This document shows positions 19,249-44,079 of a DNA stretch of 64,000 nucleotides, piece by piece. Location: assembly GCF_009914755.1 (NCBI RefSeq), contig NC_060937.1; one strand, written 5' to 3'. The translations under genes and the position numbers were made by a program. A model generated the notes under the pieces. The model had not been told where the DNA came from and made no database searches. It worked only from the letters and a program-made list of their open reading frames with translations. Each line of letters starts with the position of its first letter. Position 1 is the first letter of the stretch. The stretch comes from the human T2T-CHM13v2.0 reference genome, Homo sapiens.

Positions 19249-19289
19249 CAGGCAAACAACAATGACAACTTATTTTCATCCCCAATTCA

Positions 19290-19450
19290 GTCTTTGAGGT
19301 TAGACAGACCTGGATTCAAATCCAAGCTCCACCCCTCACTGTGTGAGCTTGCTCATGCTGCTAACCTCTCTGAGACTTGACTCTTCATTTGTGAAATGAG
19401 GATAAAACCCCTTCTCTCAGGGGCTGTGCCAAAGATGAAATGAGTCATGC
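19290..19450 (+). mobile_element. MIR
   Basis: agacagacctggattcaaatcc ... ctaacctctctgag ... tttgtgaaatgaggata. Confidence 0.8.
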
Positions 19451-19521
19451 ATTGGTCAGGACAAGTGATGCTGTATAACAAACAAGCCCCCAAACCTCAG
19501 TGGCTTAAACAGCAAAGTTGA

Positions 19522-19849
<328 letters not shown>

Positions 19850-20011
19850 TTGAGTTCTCAATTGATTTCACATCCATCACGGGTCAACAAAGGGGCTCTG
19901 GTGGTCGTAGTCATTCAGAGACTCAAACAGACAGACCCTTATCCCAGAAGATGCTCCCACAGTTCCAGAAACAGAGCAAAGAAAACACAATCAGCCATGA
20001 GCCACTTCTTA

Positions 20012-20379
<368 letters not shown>

Positions 20380-20999
20380 GTCTCAGGCTATGACTGAACT
20401 AGGAGGGTAGAAAGGATAGTCATTTTGGTTGCCACAAAACGTCAAAACAAAGATGCAGATCATTGATGTAAAATTACAGTTAGTTCCTTCCCACTCCTTT
20501 TCAGCTACTCGTCGTTACCATGAGCCAGCGTCTCCAGGGTCAGTTTTCAGTCTATTGCCTCCCAGCTCCTAGTGCACCTTTCAATATGTGCACTGTGATA
20601 ATCTGGGAAACACTGTTCAATATACCTTCTGGAAGTGAACATTCTGCAGGCATCTAGGTAGAGAATGGAGAGACTGCGGAGGACAAGAGCTCTCTGGCTG
20701 GGCTTTGATCATGTTCAAGCCCCAACCGCAGACCTAGGCATGGTCCCTCAGCCACCTTGTAGCCTTGGCTTGCAACATCTCGACATTGAAACCAAAACGC
20801 TGCACGGCCCATGTGATATGAAAATTCTTGAAAAGTTGCCCAGACCCCCTCTTGTACCCCTTTTGTAACCTGCACACAGTGACCTGTAGTCTAGAGGGTC
20901 CGCACAGAGCTGTCATTCCTACTGCCAGACCCTGCAAGACTCACGCGTTCTGGAGGCTTCCTGCCCTACAAAGGCAGCCAGACTCCCTCCATGCATCCC

Positions 21000-21205
21000 T
21001 GCACCAGCGGCTCATGGCCAGCTCCCTCAAATGCACTCCAGCGGCTCATGGCCAGCTCCCTCACCTGCCCCAACGGCTCACGGCCTGCTCCCTCACCTGC
21101 ACCAGGTGCTCACGGCCGGATCCCTCCCCTGCACACCAGCGGCTCACAGCCGGCTCCATCCCCTGCACTCCAGCAGCTCATGGCTGGCTCCCTCACCTGC
21201 AATCC
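21000..21205. repeat. GC-rich minisatellite, six 32-34 bp units
   Basis: Unit about tgca(ct)ccagcggctca(t/c)ggccagctccctcacc. Confidence 0.9.
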
Positions 21206-22948
21206 AGTGGGTGGCCTAGTGCTGGTGCAAAAGCTGCTGACTAGCTCCAGCCTGCCCAAACCCACAAACGTCTCTTATGTGGTGGTTGAACCACATTTTA
21301 TGACATCTGAACACCTTTCAAATCTGTGCTTCCTTGGGTACCTCCCTCTGCACTAGGGCACCAGGCAGAGTTGCTTTATGTCTTACAGTCACTCTTTTAT
21401 CATAGTTGCAATCCTTTATCCTACACTTCCCTGTTAGACCCACTGTGTGGTTTCTATCTTTTGATGGGACCCAGGCTGCTACACACCCTAACCCATGCAC
21501 ATTGCACTTCATTAGTTCCTCACTATTGGCCAAAGATCATGCTCCACCACCCTTCTCTGCCCCCGACTTTCTTTCCTTAATTGAAACCCCTAAATGTCCT
21601 CTTTGCACCCAAAGCTTACCTGCTCTTCCTTCCCTATATTCTTGGCCACACACAAAAATCTGATGCTCTGGCAAATGCAAAAATGGGGAGAAGGCAGGGG
21701 AATCATTTCTCTTCCCTTACGTAAGCACTGAGGGTAATGTCATTCCATTGTGTGAGGAATAAAAAAATGAGGCATAGAGAGCTGCCATGATTTGCCTGGA
21801 CCAATGAAGCTGTCATGGCAGAAGTGGAACAAAGGTTTAGGTGTCCCGAATGTCAGTCCAGCTCCTATGCCTTCAGAACGTGCTGTGGAGGGAGACACTG
21901 GGGGACCCCACTCATGCTGAGCACTCAGGGTTACCCAGGTTCTGACAGTGGGGATGTGACAGGCTGAGCTGACTCAGTCCAGTCCTCTTATACCAAATAA
22001 GGATGGAAACCCTCACATAATAGAAGTGAAGACAGGGAACAAATCCAGGAACAATTAAGAGGCTGATGCCTGGAAGGCCTGGGCAGAATGACAGGGAGAT
22101 TGGAGCAGAACAGAGGCCCTAGATGGGGACAAGGGGAAGGAAGTGGCCTCAGGGGCCAGATGGCACCTGTCCACTGCACAGAGGCTGGAGCCTTGAGTTC
22201 CATCTAGTCCTTGTCAACTACAATCATTATGCCCTATGGCTCAACGAGTCCTGGAGAAAATGTGTTTTCTGCAGCCTGGGGAGGTGAGAGTAAAACAATT
22301 CAGCCTCAAGAAGTTGAAAGCCCAGGAAATCATAGCACGTGGAGATGGGATTCATACTTAAATTTCCTGTCCTTGACTTCTGGTTTGGCCACTTGACTCA
22401 CATTGGCCAATGGATGTGGTAAAGTGGTTGTCTGCCCATTCTGAGCCTGGGTGGTAAGATAAGAGATCTTCACATTTCCCTTTGTTCTTTGCACTCCTGC
22501 CATTGCCATGAGAAGAAGGCACCCTGGCAGGCCCCGACCCCAGGAGGATCAGAGACACTTGGAGCAGATGCAGCTCAACCACCACATTTCGAGCTGAAAC
22601 CTCCCAAGCAACCCATGCTCATGAGTGAGAAATGGTGGCCTATGGTCGTAGGCCTCTGAGGTGTGGGATTACTTGTTACAAAGCTAGAGTTAATTAATAG
22701 AGATTTCTACCTCACATCCCTACAAATCAAATAACAAAGGAAATAAAATATGAAAAGCAGATTTCCAATTTTTAGAAGAAAACAGAGGACATATTTTATG
22801 ACACTAAGCAGAGAGAAAAATTTTATATGACACAAAACACAGACACCGTAAAATAAATTACTGATAAATTCATTCAGTTGTATTAAATGTAGAAGCTTTG
22901 ATCTGACAAAAGAGGCGATGAATAAAGTTAAAAGACAAAGACAGTGCA

Positions 22949-23303
22949 TGATATGATTTGGCTGTGTGTCCCCACCTAAATCTCATCTTGAATTGTCTTC
23001 CCATAATTCTCCTGTGTCCTGGGAGGGACCTAGTGGGAGATAATTGGAATCATGGGGGCCGTTCCCCCATACTGTTCTCCTGGTAGTGAATAAGTCTCAC
23101 GAGATCTGACGGTTTTATCAGGGGGTTCCACTTTTGCATCATCCTCATTTTTCTCTGGCCACTGCCATTTAAGAAGTGCCTTTCACCTCCCACCATGATT
23201 CTGAGGCCTCTTCCGTCATGTGGAACTGTAAGTCCAATTAAACCTCTTTTTCTTCCCAGTCTGGGTTACGCCTTTATCGGCAGTGTGAAAATGGACTAAT
23301 ACA
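22949..23303 (+). mobile_element. THE1B solo LTR within old L1M sequence
   Basis: tgatatgatttggctgtg ... ggactaataca; perfect TSD gtgca. Confidence 0.95.
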
Positions 23304-23381
23304 GTGCACCAATAGGGAAAACATATTTGTAAGGTATTTGGCCAAAAAAGCATTGATATCCAGATCATTAAAATCAAAATT

Positions 23382-23672
23382 GGCCAGTCGTGTTGACTCA
23401 TGCCTGTAATCCCAGCACTTTGGGAAGCTGAGGCAGGTGGATCACCTGAGGTCGGGAGTTCGAGACCAGTCTGACCTACATGGAGAAACCCCGTCTCTAC
23501 TAAAAATACAAAATTATCTCGGCTTGGTGGCACTTACCTGCAATCCCAGCTACTCAGAAGGCTGAGGCAGGAGAATCGCTTGAACCAGGGAGGCGGAAGT
23601 TGTGGTGAGCCGCGATAGTGCCATTGCACTCCCACCTAGACAACAAGTGCAAAACTCCGTCTAAAAAAAAAA
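23382..23672 (+). mobile_element. AluSp/Sq-like
   Basis: Alu body with cacctgaggtcgggag and catggagaaacc diagnostics. Confidence 0.93.
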
Positions 23673-25608
23673 TAGTACTTACAAGTCAGCAAGGAGAAAC
23701 CAAAGATCCAACAGACTTATGGACCAGGAGCAATTCACAGAGAAGGACACCCAAAGGGCTGGGAAACACAAGGCACACGTTCAGCTGCACTGCAAATTCC
23801 AGGAACAATATCAAAAAGTGCGATAACAAATATTGATGAAAATGAGTGAAGATGGATGTGAGCACTGCTGGCGAGGGGCATTGTGAGGACTCCAGCCCCG
23901 AGGTCATCTGGCTGTGCTTCCTGGGAAGTGCTGACAACAGACCTGTCCCAAGACCCCAAGTCTCACCAGGCTACGTGCAGGCTTTGGACCAGAACATCAG
24001 CATCATCTTGGGGTGGTGGTTGCAGGGGGAGGCACGCATCCTCTGCTCACCAGAAATGCAGAATTCTGGATTCATCTGGAAGATATTGTTAAAGGGAAAA
24101 GCAACTTTCAGGAGAGTATGTATGGACTGCTATTTGTATAAAATTGCAAAAACAGACCAAAAAAATACTATCCATTCTTCATGGACATGCACACTAGGTA
24201 TTAAACATGGATGGGAAGACACACATTGACTTCAGAATAGTGGGAGGGTGGTGGTAACTGGACTGGAAAAGGGGCATATAACTTGAGCTTCAGCTTGAAT
24301 ATTATGGCTGAATCCGTAATGTTTTCTTCCCTTAAACTCTGGAGCAAATGCATCCAAATGTTACCACATTTGAATTTTAACTGGGAGGTACAAGAAAGTT
24401 TAATACCATTATCCTCTACGCAGTCCTGTGTGTTTGTAATATTGAGCCATATTTTTTAAACACTTGACTCAGCATGAAAGGAAGCTTGCCTACATGGTAA
24501 CAATGGTTATCTTTAGGTAGCAGAATTCAAGACTGCTTCTTTTTTCTTTTCTTCCTACTTGTATGTTATCTCTATTTCCCTGTGTGAGGATTTATGACTG
24601 TTGTGATGAAAAGGCTAGTATTCTAACTCCCTGCATCATAAGCACACACCGTGCCCTGGCTGGCAGGATGGGGAGGAGGGAGCATGTCTGTTCACCTGGC
24701 CAGCCCTAGGCAACTCTGCAGAGAAAGACACAGGCACTTCCCCTCTGCAGCCAAAGAGTTAAGAAGGCTCGATGTGAAATGAATCATTCCAGGGGAGCTA
24801 AATCCCGACCTTATCTAATTCTGTATCCTGAGGCTGATTAATTTAAACTCAAAAATAAAATAAACATCATCTTTAAATAGGGATTAAATACTCAGCGGGG
24901 TCCTTAGTTGAACAAACTGACATACGCTTTATGTTATGGATTCAAGGGGCCCAGGGTGGGGCGAGGGCTATCTGTGGGGATGCTAGCTGAGCTAATGAGA
25001 GAAAATCGCCAGTGCTCCTGGATTCCGGAGTGCATTCACCTTTAGCTTCTTCTCTGGATACCCACAGAAAACCAAAGAGCCACCCTGTGGCAGGATCTTC
25101 ACACAGGAAGTGGGCTTGTGCCCTGTGTCCCCGAGGGAGAAAGAATTATGGAGGGAGTGGGTGAAGAGTTTGGAGGAAACCCCTGATGTTCTTAGAAAAC
25201 AGTAGGAAAGAGATTCCCTTGGCTGGGCATTGTTCCCAAATAGGAGACAAATGCATGAACTAAAAACAGAGACTCCCAGCTCCCTCCATGGTCCCTGAGT
25301 TCAGAAGGGAACTCAGGGAAGTGGGGCAAGTAAAAAATTGAGTGGGTTATCTGACATGCGCCTGGAGGGACCCACGAACCTGAGTCAGGCATGAGAGTGG
25401 GCAGCTGGTGGATTCTTCCAGGCCTGCAGCATAAAGCCAGGCGGACGTCCCAAGAACAAGCCATGCCTGCAGAGGCCTCTACTGCATCCCTGCCTCATGG
25501 GCACAATGTCACAGAACAGAATTACATCATGTGGGAGGCCATGTGCAGTGTGAGTGTCATAATGGAGCTGGACCCAGAAGGTCCCAGACCCAGGTCCAGC
25601 TAGGTCTC

Positions 25609-25969
25609 TGCTATAGTCAATGTTTGTGTGTCCCTAAAATCCGTGTGTTAAAACTAATCCCTGATAGGTTAGGTTTGAATTAGGAGGCAAAGACTTTAGG
25701 AAGTGATTTCACCATGAAAGCAAAGAGCCCATGAATAGGATAAGAGGCCTTGTAAAAGGGAGCCAAGGGAGCTTGTTCTCTCCTTCCACCATGTGAGGAC
25801 ACAGCTAGGAGGTGTCCTCTGTAAGATACAGGTCCTCAACAGACACCTAATCTGCCACTACTTTGACCTTCCACTTGCCAGCATCCAGACCTATGAGCCA
25901 AAATTTCTGCTGCTTATAAGCCCCCTAGGCTAAGGTATTTTGTTACGGCAGCCCAAATGGAATAAGACA
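25609..25969 (+). mobile_element. MLT1A-like MaLR LTR
   Basis: tgctatagtcaatgtttgtgtgtccc ... ccaccatgtgaggacacagc ... gcagcccaaatggaataagaca. Confidence 0.8.
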
Positions 25970-27388
25970 GCCTCTGACCATCTTGAGCAACTCACTTATC
26001 TGTTGAACTCTCCACAGATTTAACTGTGATGAAATCCCTTCAACAGATGTATATTGAACACCTACTATGTATAAGGACACACTGTGTTATTAGATAGGGT
26101 ATAAAGAAAGTCACAGTTCCCCAGAGGTAGGCACTGCCATAGCTGAAGAGCCAACCCAAGTTGCTGTTGCCAGTGGGGGAAGGGCTGGGTGTCAGAGAAG
26201 AAGAGAACTTGCCAAAGTCCATGTCTGCAGCAATATTGGAACGTCTAATGGATGGTTCCCAAAGTGGTGACTCCTCATCTTCTTACAAAAACTCGTAGTT
26301 GTCTCTGTGTAAAGTCTTCCCAGAAATGCAGGGCAGTTGAGAATATGCAGATCAGAAAAGACAAGAGGATAGAGAGAGCAGATTCTTGGCATCAACAGCC
26401 ACGGACTTCTTGCAGGAAGGAAAGCATTTCTCCTGGATCCCTGGGTAGTAGATAAACGTACAGAAATACATTTGTTGGCTATTTGATTTATGGACTTTGA
26501 ACATTTGCAGACCGAGAGGCTGAGAATCTTCTCCAACCAGATGGTGTGGGGCGTGGAAGTACAGAAAGGGATCAAAGGAGGAGGAAAGCAGAGCAATGAG
26601 AAGGGAGCTGTCAGCATGACCAACACAGACACCTGGGTCTCTGCTACCAACAATACGAGCTAATGTATAATGATTGCAGGTCTGTAAACAGCAGGCTTTC
26701 CATATCACATGTGGCAAGCTCTGATGACAACCCTGTGTGACATGTATGGTTGTCAGAGGCAGAGAGTTGCTAAATAATCACACACAACTGGTGGAATGCC
26801 AGAGAGTTTGGTTTTACTTGGTCATCTTCCTGTTTGCTTACTATTTGTCCCATCTGTAGTTTGTTCTCCTGTTCCTCTTTGACTTCTTTTGAATTTGTTG
26901 AGTATTTTTATTTCATTTAATCTTCTTTGTTGGCCTTTTTCATATAACTATTTTTGCTTCATTTGGTTTTGAGTTTTAACCATTGCTCTATGGTTTATGT
27001 TATATCATATGGTTTGGATCTGTGTCCCTACCCAAATCTCATGTGGAAATATAATCCCCAATGCCACAAGTGGGGCCTGGAGGGAGGTGATTGGACCATG
27101 GAGCCGGTTTCTCATGTTTTAACACCATCCCCACTTGGTACTATATAGCGAGTGAGTTCTCACAAGATCTGGTTATTTAATAGTGTGTGGCACCTCCCCC
27201 TCTCTCTTCCTCCTGCTCCAGTCACATAAGAAGTGCCTGCTTCCCTTTTGCCTTCCGTCATGATTGTAAGCTCCCTGAGGCCTCCCCAGAAGCCGAGCAG
27301 ATGACAGAATCACGCTTCCTGTACAGCCTGCAGAACTGTGAGCCAATTAAACCTCTTTTCTTCATAAATTACCCAGTCTCAGACATTT

Positions 27389-27683
27389 ATTTTTTGAGAC
27401 GTAGTCTCGCTCTGTCACCCAGGCTGCAGTGAAGTGGTGCAATCTCAGCTCACTGCAATGTCTGCCTCCCTGGTTCAAGTGATTCTGCTGCCTCAGCCTC
27501 CCGAGTAGCTCAGCTGGGACTACAGGCATATGCCACCAAGCCCACCTATTTTTCTGTGTATTTTTAGTAGACACAGGGTTTCACCATGTTGGCCAGGTTG
27601 GTCTCAAACTCCTGAACTCGTAATCCATGCGCCTCAGCCTCCCAAAGTGCTGGGATTACAGGAGTGAGCCAGCATGCCCAGCC
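27389..27683 (-). mobile_element. AluS nested in MST
   Basis: Alu reverse complement; TSD ccagtctcagacattt / ccagtctcagatattt. Confidence 0.93.
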
Positions 27684-27703
27684 CCAGTCTCAGATATTTC
27701 TTT

Positions 27704-28582
27704 TTTTAAAAAATTCATTTATTATTATTTTTTTAAGTATTATAATTATACTTTAAGTTTTAGGGTACATGTGCACAACGTTCAGGTTTGTTACATATGT
27801 ATACATGTGTCATGTTGGTGTGCTGCACCCATTAACTCGTCATTTAGCATTAGGTATATCTCCTAATGCTATCCCTTCCCCCTCCCCCCACCCCACAACA
27901 GTCCCCAGTGTGTGATATCTCCCTTCCTGTGTCCATGTGTTCTCATTGTTCAATTCCCACCTATGAGTGAGAACAGGTGGTGTTTGGTTTTTTGTCCTTG
28001 TGGTAGTTTGCTGAGAATGATGGTTTCCAGTTTCATCCATGTCCCTACAAAGGCCATGAACTCATCCTTTTTATGGCCGCATAGTATTCCATGGTGTATA
28101 TGTGCCACATTTTCTTAATCCGGTCTATCATTGTTGGACATTTGGGTTGGTTCCAAGTCTTTGCTATTGTGAATAGTGCCACAATAAACATATGTGTGCA
28201 TGTGTCTTTATAGCAACATGATTTATAATCCTTTGGGTATATACCCAGCAATGAGATGACTGGGTCAAATGGTATTTCTAGTTCTAGATCCCTGAGGAAT
28301 CGCCACACTGACTTCCACAATGGTTGAACTAGTTTACAGTCCCACCAACAGTGTAAAAGTGTTCCTATTTCTCCACATCCTCTCCAGCAACTGTAGTTTC
28401 CTGACTTTTCAACGATCACCATTCTAACTGGTGTGAGATGGTATATCATTGTGGTTTTCATTTGCATTTCTCTGATGGCCAGTGATGATATTGTGGTTTT
28501 GATTTGCATTTCTCTGATGGCCAGTGATGATGAGCATTTTTTCATGTGTTTTTTTGGCTGCATAATGTCTTCTTTTGAGAAG
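27704..28582 (-). mobile_element. 5'-truncated L1PA3/4 (ORF2 C-terminus plus 3'UTR) nested in MST
   Basis: ORF 28045-28563 [18 protein letters not shown]; TSD tcagatatttcttt / tcagacatttcttt. Confidence 0.93.
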
Positions 28583-28629
28583 CATCAGACATTTCTTTAT
28601 AGCAGTTCAAGAACAGACTAATACAGTAT

Positions 28630-30950
<2,321 letters not shown>

Positions 30951-33921
30951 CAGCCTGGGTTCTCCCTCCTTGAGCTGTGGCCTAGAAATGGTTTGCCTTC
31001 TGGTCACCACACGTGGGCAGTCCAGAGTCACAAGAAACTCTAGGCCATGTGGCAGAATGCCCACTGTCCCCACTTCACCACACTGTACTCTCTCCATCCA
31101 GTGCTAGCTGCAGCCACGCTGCCTCACAGTCCAGAATGCTAGCCAGAGACCAAGCTTTCTGCAGCACCTTGGCTGGGGCTCACAGATAAGAATGGCCAAG
31201 CAGTGCTCCCAGAAGACTGCAGATGCCATCAATCAGTTTTACATCAGCGAGGCACTGAGAATCTCTGGACACCAGAAGTGTCCTATGTTGCCAGAGCTGA
31301 ACTCTCAAATGAAGACTCCAGAAGGCCCTGAAATGTGGGCAAGCTCCCATCATTGCCTGTCTGTGGCCACAAGGACACAGATTCTTTCCATGGCTGGTGA
31401 GATATCCAGCACACTGGGGACTCTGTAAAGCCCCTTTTCAACTTTAGGCCTTAGCTGAGCTCTCCATTTACCTCAGACCAGGCAGTGCACATTATGGGGG
31501 ACACCACTGGGTGCTGGGATGAGAATGGCACTTGGCATGTGAGCTAGGATTGAGAGCCCATCACTCTCTTCCCCAGGGAGGTGGTGGCCAGTTACCATCT
31601 CTGGCTTCTGTCCCCTTACCAGCCTCCTCTGCTACAATTGCATTTCTGGCAGGCAGTGGATCAGGGAAGCACTGGCAGTTGAGGACCATGTGGAGAACCA
31701 CTACTGGCCAAGCATTACCAACCTGACAGCAGAACAGGAGTGCAGCAGTGCTGAGGTGAACTTGACATAGAACTTTGAGACCATGAAGGCAGCCAACACT
31801 TCCAACTTATCACAACCTGTCTCTCACATAGATTTATTGTAGAAGAACTCAACCATCTCCGTGTCAACAAGAAATGGTCCTCTAAACCGTCACTCTTGGA
31901 TTTAGATCATGAGGCTGTCCTGTCTTTAGTATGGAACTGAAAAGCTTTAATTTCCACAAAAATGTAAGGTTTTGGGCTACAGCCTTATTAAAACAAACAA
32001 ATATGAGCATAGTGGTCTACAGATGGAATATCTGGGGCTCTAAACAAACTGCTCCTTGAAAGTGTAATCACTGTCTTTTTGTTTGTTTATTTAGCCTGGT
32101 AGGACAATGTCAGAAATTTCCTTGGTCATAGGGAATATAAAACATAGTGTGAACAAAAGCAGCAATAAAGCTACAAACTATTTTTTGGTGTATTTGCTTA
32201 AGTATAAGATAGCTGATTGGGGCTTTATCATGTAACGTTAGTTTGCTTAGTTTTCATTATGTTTGTTAAACTTGAATTGTGAATAAATATATGGCTGATT
32301 CACATTGTAATTAAACTGCACATTGACATAAACTGTACATTAAAAGTTGCTGCACACAGTCATCCAAAATAATACTTAGGTAAAACCAAAAATACTATAA
32401 ACCAATCTCAAGGAACCTACCCTAAAATAAAAATACAGTTAAAATGGAATTGCAAAACTAGAATGGGAGAAATATTTACCGATAAAATCTTGTTTGGAAC
32501 ATTGATATAACACTAGAAAAGAATTTTTCTAAATAACCACAATGTTCAACAGTGACTGTGCATCTGTGAAGACCAGGCATTTGGAATCATTGCCCTGTGG
32601 TGTGTGGCAGTACAATTTTACAGAAATGAACTACAATAATTAATAAAATTCTCTAATGGGAAGATTTTAATGAGTAAGTATTTACACAATAAATATTTAT
32701 AATGTTGGTGCTATTATTTCACAAAATAAAAAAAGCTGTATCACAGCCTTTAAAAGCAAATAATAGCCTTACATTTCTAAATAAAGAAAAAAATATAAAT
32801 TTTATGAAATATGGTTAAGAGTAATTGATAAAATAACAGTTGGGGCATAAATTATATTATAGTTTGGATAGAAGTTGAAAAAGTGGATGAAAATTTTAAT
32901 GAGCCCTTTTTGCCTGCACTAAACTTAATCTTATAGGTCAAAATTATAATATATATAGGGTACCTACTAGCTATCTAATTTACTTTTTACACAATGTATA
33001 AATCCTAGCCTATTGGTCTTAATATTTGAACCTAAAATAACACACAAACATACAAGAGAACAAACTGAGGAAGAAATGTATGGAGACAGTGACATTATCA
33101 AAGTGGTGGAATAGGGGTTCCCTACTTTTGTATTCTCCTGCAGCAATAAAAACTAGTCAGCCATCCATCAACCAAAGTAACTTTATGAGAGATCCAGGCA
33201 CAGTGGCTCATGACAGTAATCTCCTCCATTCAGGAGCCTGAGGTGGGAGGACTGCTTCAGGCCAGGTGTTCAAGAACAGCCTGGGCAATATAGTGAGCTT
33301 TGGGATACAGGGCATTATGAAACCTTGCTAAAACCCAAGATCGAAAAGAGTCATTTTGAGAAGGCAGGCCCTTTGGTTAATAAGGTGTCATATTATCCAA
33401 AGCAATCTGTAAGTTAACTCAAATCCCTATCAAAATCCCTGTGCCACTTTTTATAGTAATAGAAAATGCAATCCTACAATGTAGGCTGAATGGCCAAGCC
33501 AATCATGAGGAATAAAAAAAAAGCTGGGGACATCATACTCGTGACTGACACAAAACAGTTCAAAAGTCACTGTTTGTAGATAACCTGGGGAAAACCTGCT
33601 AGGTACTCAGTGGGAGCCACACTCACCCACACATCTGCTATTAGGCCCAGCATATAGCAGAACCTGCCCTAGTGCCTGCTCCACAAAATAAAGCCCTGAA
33701 GACAATCCAGCCTACCCGAAAACATGACAGAACTCACAATCACACGTTCTCCTGGTAACAAGCCCATTAAAGGTAAAACCCACTTCAGATTCGGCAGCCA
33801 CCTTCTGACGCAGCTACAAGCCTTTTTACTGCAAACCCAGTAAAGATCGCAGCAGCCTCGAGACCCAACAGATGAAGATCTTTACCTACTAAAACCAGTT
33901 TATAAAAATGAAAAGAGGTGT

Positions 33922-34140
33922 CTGGGCACGGTGGCTCACACCTGTAATCCCAGCACTTTGGGAGGCCGAGGTTGGTGGATCACGAGGTCAGGAGTTCAAA
34001 ACCAGCCTGCTGAAGCAGAGAATTGCTTGAACCCAGGAGGCGGAGTTTGCAGCGAACCAAGATCGTGCCACAGCACTCCAACCTGGGTGACAGAGCGAGA
34101 CTCCATCTCAAAAACAAAACAACAACAACAACAACAACAA
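33922..34140 (+). mobile_element. Alu with internal deletion and (CAA)n tail
   Basis: Left arm jumps from accagcctg to ctgaagcagagaattgcttgaacc. Confidence 0.9.
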
Positions 34141-34199
34141 ATGAAAAGAGGTGTTTGCTCCTTCAAATGTGCAAACTCCAATGCAAGTCTACATTATGC

Positions 34200-42470
<8,271 letters not shown>

Positions 42471-44079
42471 TAATGTTATGTACACATGCATATATTCATA
42501 TAAGTGTGTATATAGACATATATAAAACATATACATATATATCAATTACATATGTTGTTATGTATATAATTGTGTGTGTGTATATATATATATATATATA
42601 CATATATACACACACATACATATCAATGACAAAATCCTAGTAAGCTTCAAACTAAACAAGGCAAAATTATAAAATGATAACTATTTAAAAATCAGGAAAC
42701 AAATGGGTATTTAATACATGCTCAGCTATATTTTGAGTTCCTCAATGGCAAAGTACATGTTTTAAATGTAGAAAGTAGATACATTAAACCATATTACAGT
42801 TTAGGAATTATGGCACAGAGTGTTTACAGTATTAGCCTCAATACATACCAAAAGCTTAAAATTTTGAAGTAAAATAACATTTGGTTTTATTATATGGGGC
42901 AGATGCTTAGTATTCTGATAAAATTATTGAGTATGAATTTCTGTAGAATCACTTTTGAAACCTTCACAAGATATGAAATTATAAAGCAGAAAACTTACGA
43001 CATCTGGATGTGGTGTTTCTGTGATTTCTAAACCAAATCCCAATATCTCCACTACTCTCACACATTTTAGACAAGACTCAAAATGGAAATTAGAAAATGT
43101 TTATCATAGATTTCCTTAAAAATCACAGACAGCTCCATGTCGTCAAAAGCAAAAAAAAGAGCAAGCAGCCATGTCCTCCAGTCCCTTGTAAGCCATGCAA
43201 AGGGTTTTGATTTTCTTTGTAACCTAGAAGAATGATCGTTGAAGGGGAAGTTAAGTCCTAGAAAATTGAAGAGCATGGGGCAGAGGATGTCAGTCTCTAA
43301 TGAAAGCAAGAGAAATAAATCAGGGCTTCTCAGAACAGATTTCCATTGAAGCATAGCTTCGCAAACCACACTTTAAGATCTAGCTTTCTCCTTGACCTTT
43401 GGACATCTCATCTCTGTCATCTGCCTTATTCACTCCCACCTATTTGGGTGTTTGGCTACTATCCCCTGTCTCCTCACACTCTGGGGCTTTTTCTTTTACT
43501 CAGTGTAGGTGATCAGGTTTAGCTTAGAGAACAGCCAAGGACTCTGTATTAGAAAAAGTAATATGACTTATGCTGTGATTTTCCAATTACTACTTAGTAT
43601 TCTGCTCGGTGGAAAAAAACAGAACATTACAAAAGAGTCTAAAAATGTAATACCAAATACTATTTCCACACACAAACGTTATGATATTTAAAAACTTTTC
43701 TATATTTGTGGATCCTTAGCTCCATAACCCAGTGCTGCTGAATCAAAACTTGGTGGTGGTTGCCTGGGCCTGGTGACTCACACCGCCTATCACAGCACTT
43801 GGAGAGGCCAAGGCAGGCAAATAACTTAAGCCCAGGAGTTTGAGGCCAGCCTTGGAAACTTCACGAGACCTAGTCTACGGGTTGAGGGTGGGGAGGAGGG
43901 GGAAAGGTGGTGGTAATGGGAGGTGGTAATGCGATTATAAGGTGTGGGCAACCATATTTTGTGCCTCTAAATTTGTGGAGTTACCACTAATCTAAAATTA
44001 AGGATACAGATCAGCTGAAGAAAGAAAAAGATTTATGTCGAGATGAAACCTCCTCGTGAGGGTCTGCAGCTGCAATACC

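Larger units (their letters stand above)
27004..28625 (+). mobile_element. MSTA/MSTB LTR interrupted by an Alu and an L1
   Basis: atatggtttggatctgtgtccc start; terminal ttatagcagttcaagaacagactaataca resumes at 28585. Confidence 0.9.

Noticed and set aside
21000-21205. CRISPR-like repeat array
   Set aside because: Head-to-tail units without unique spacers, in primate DNA
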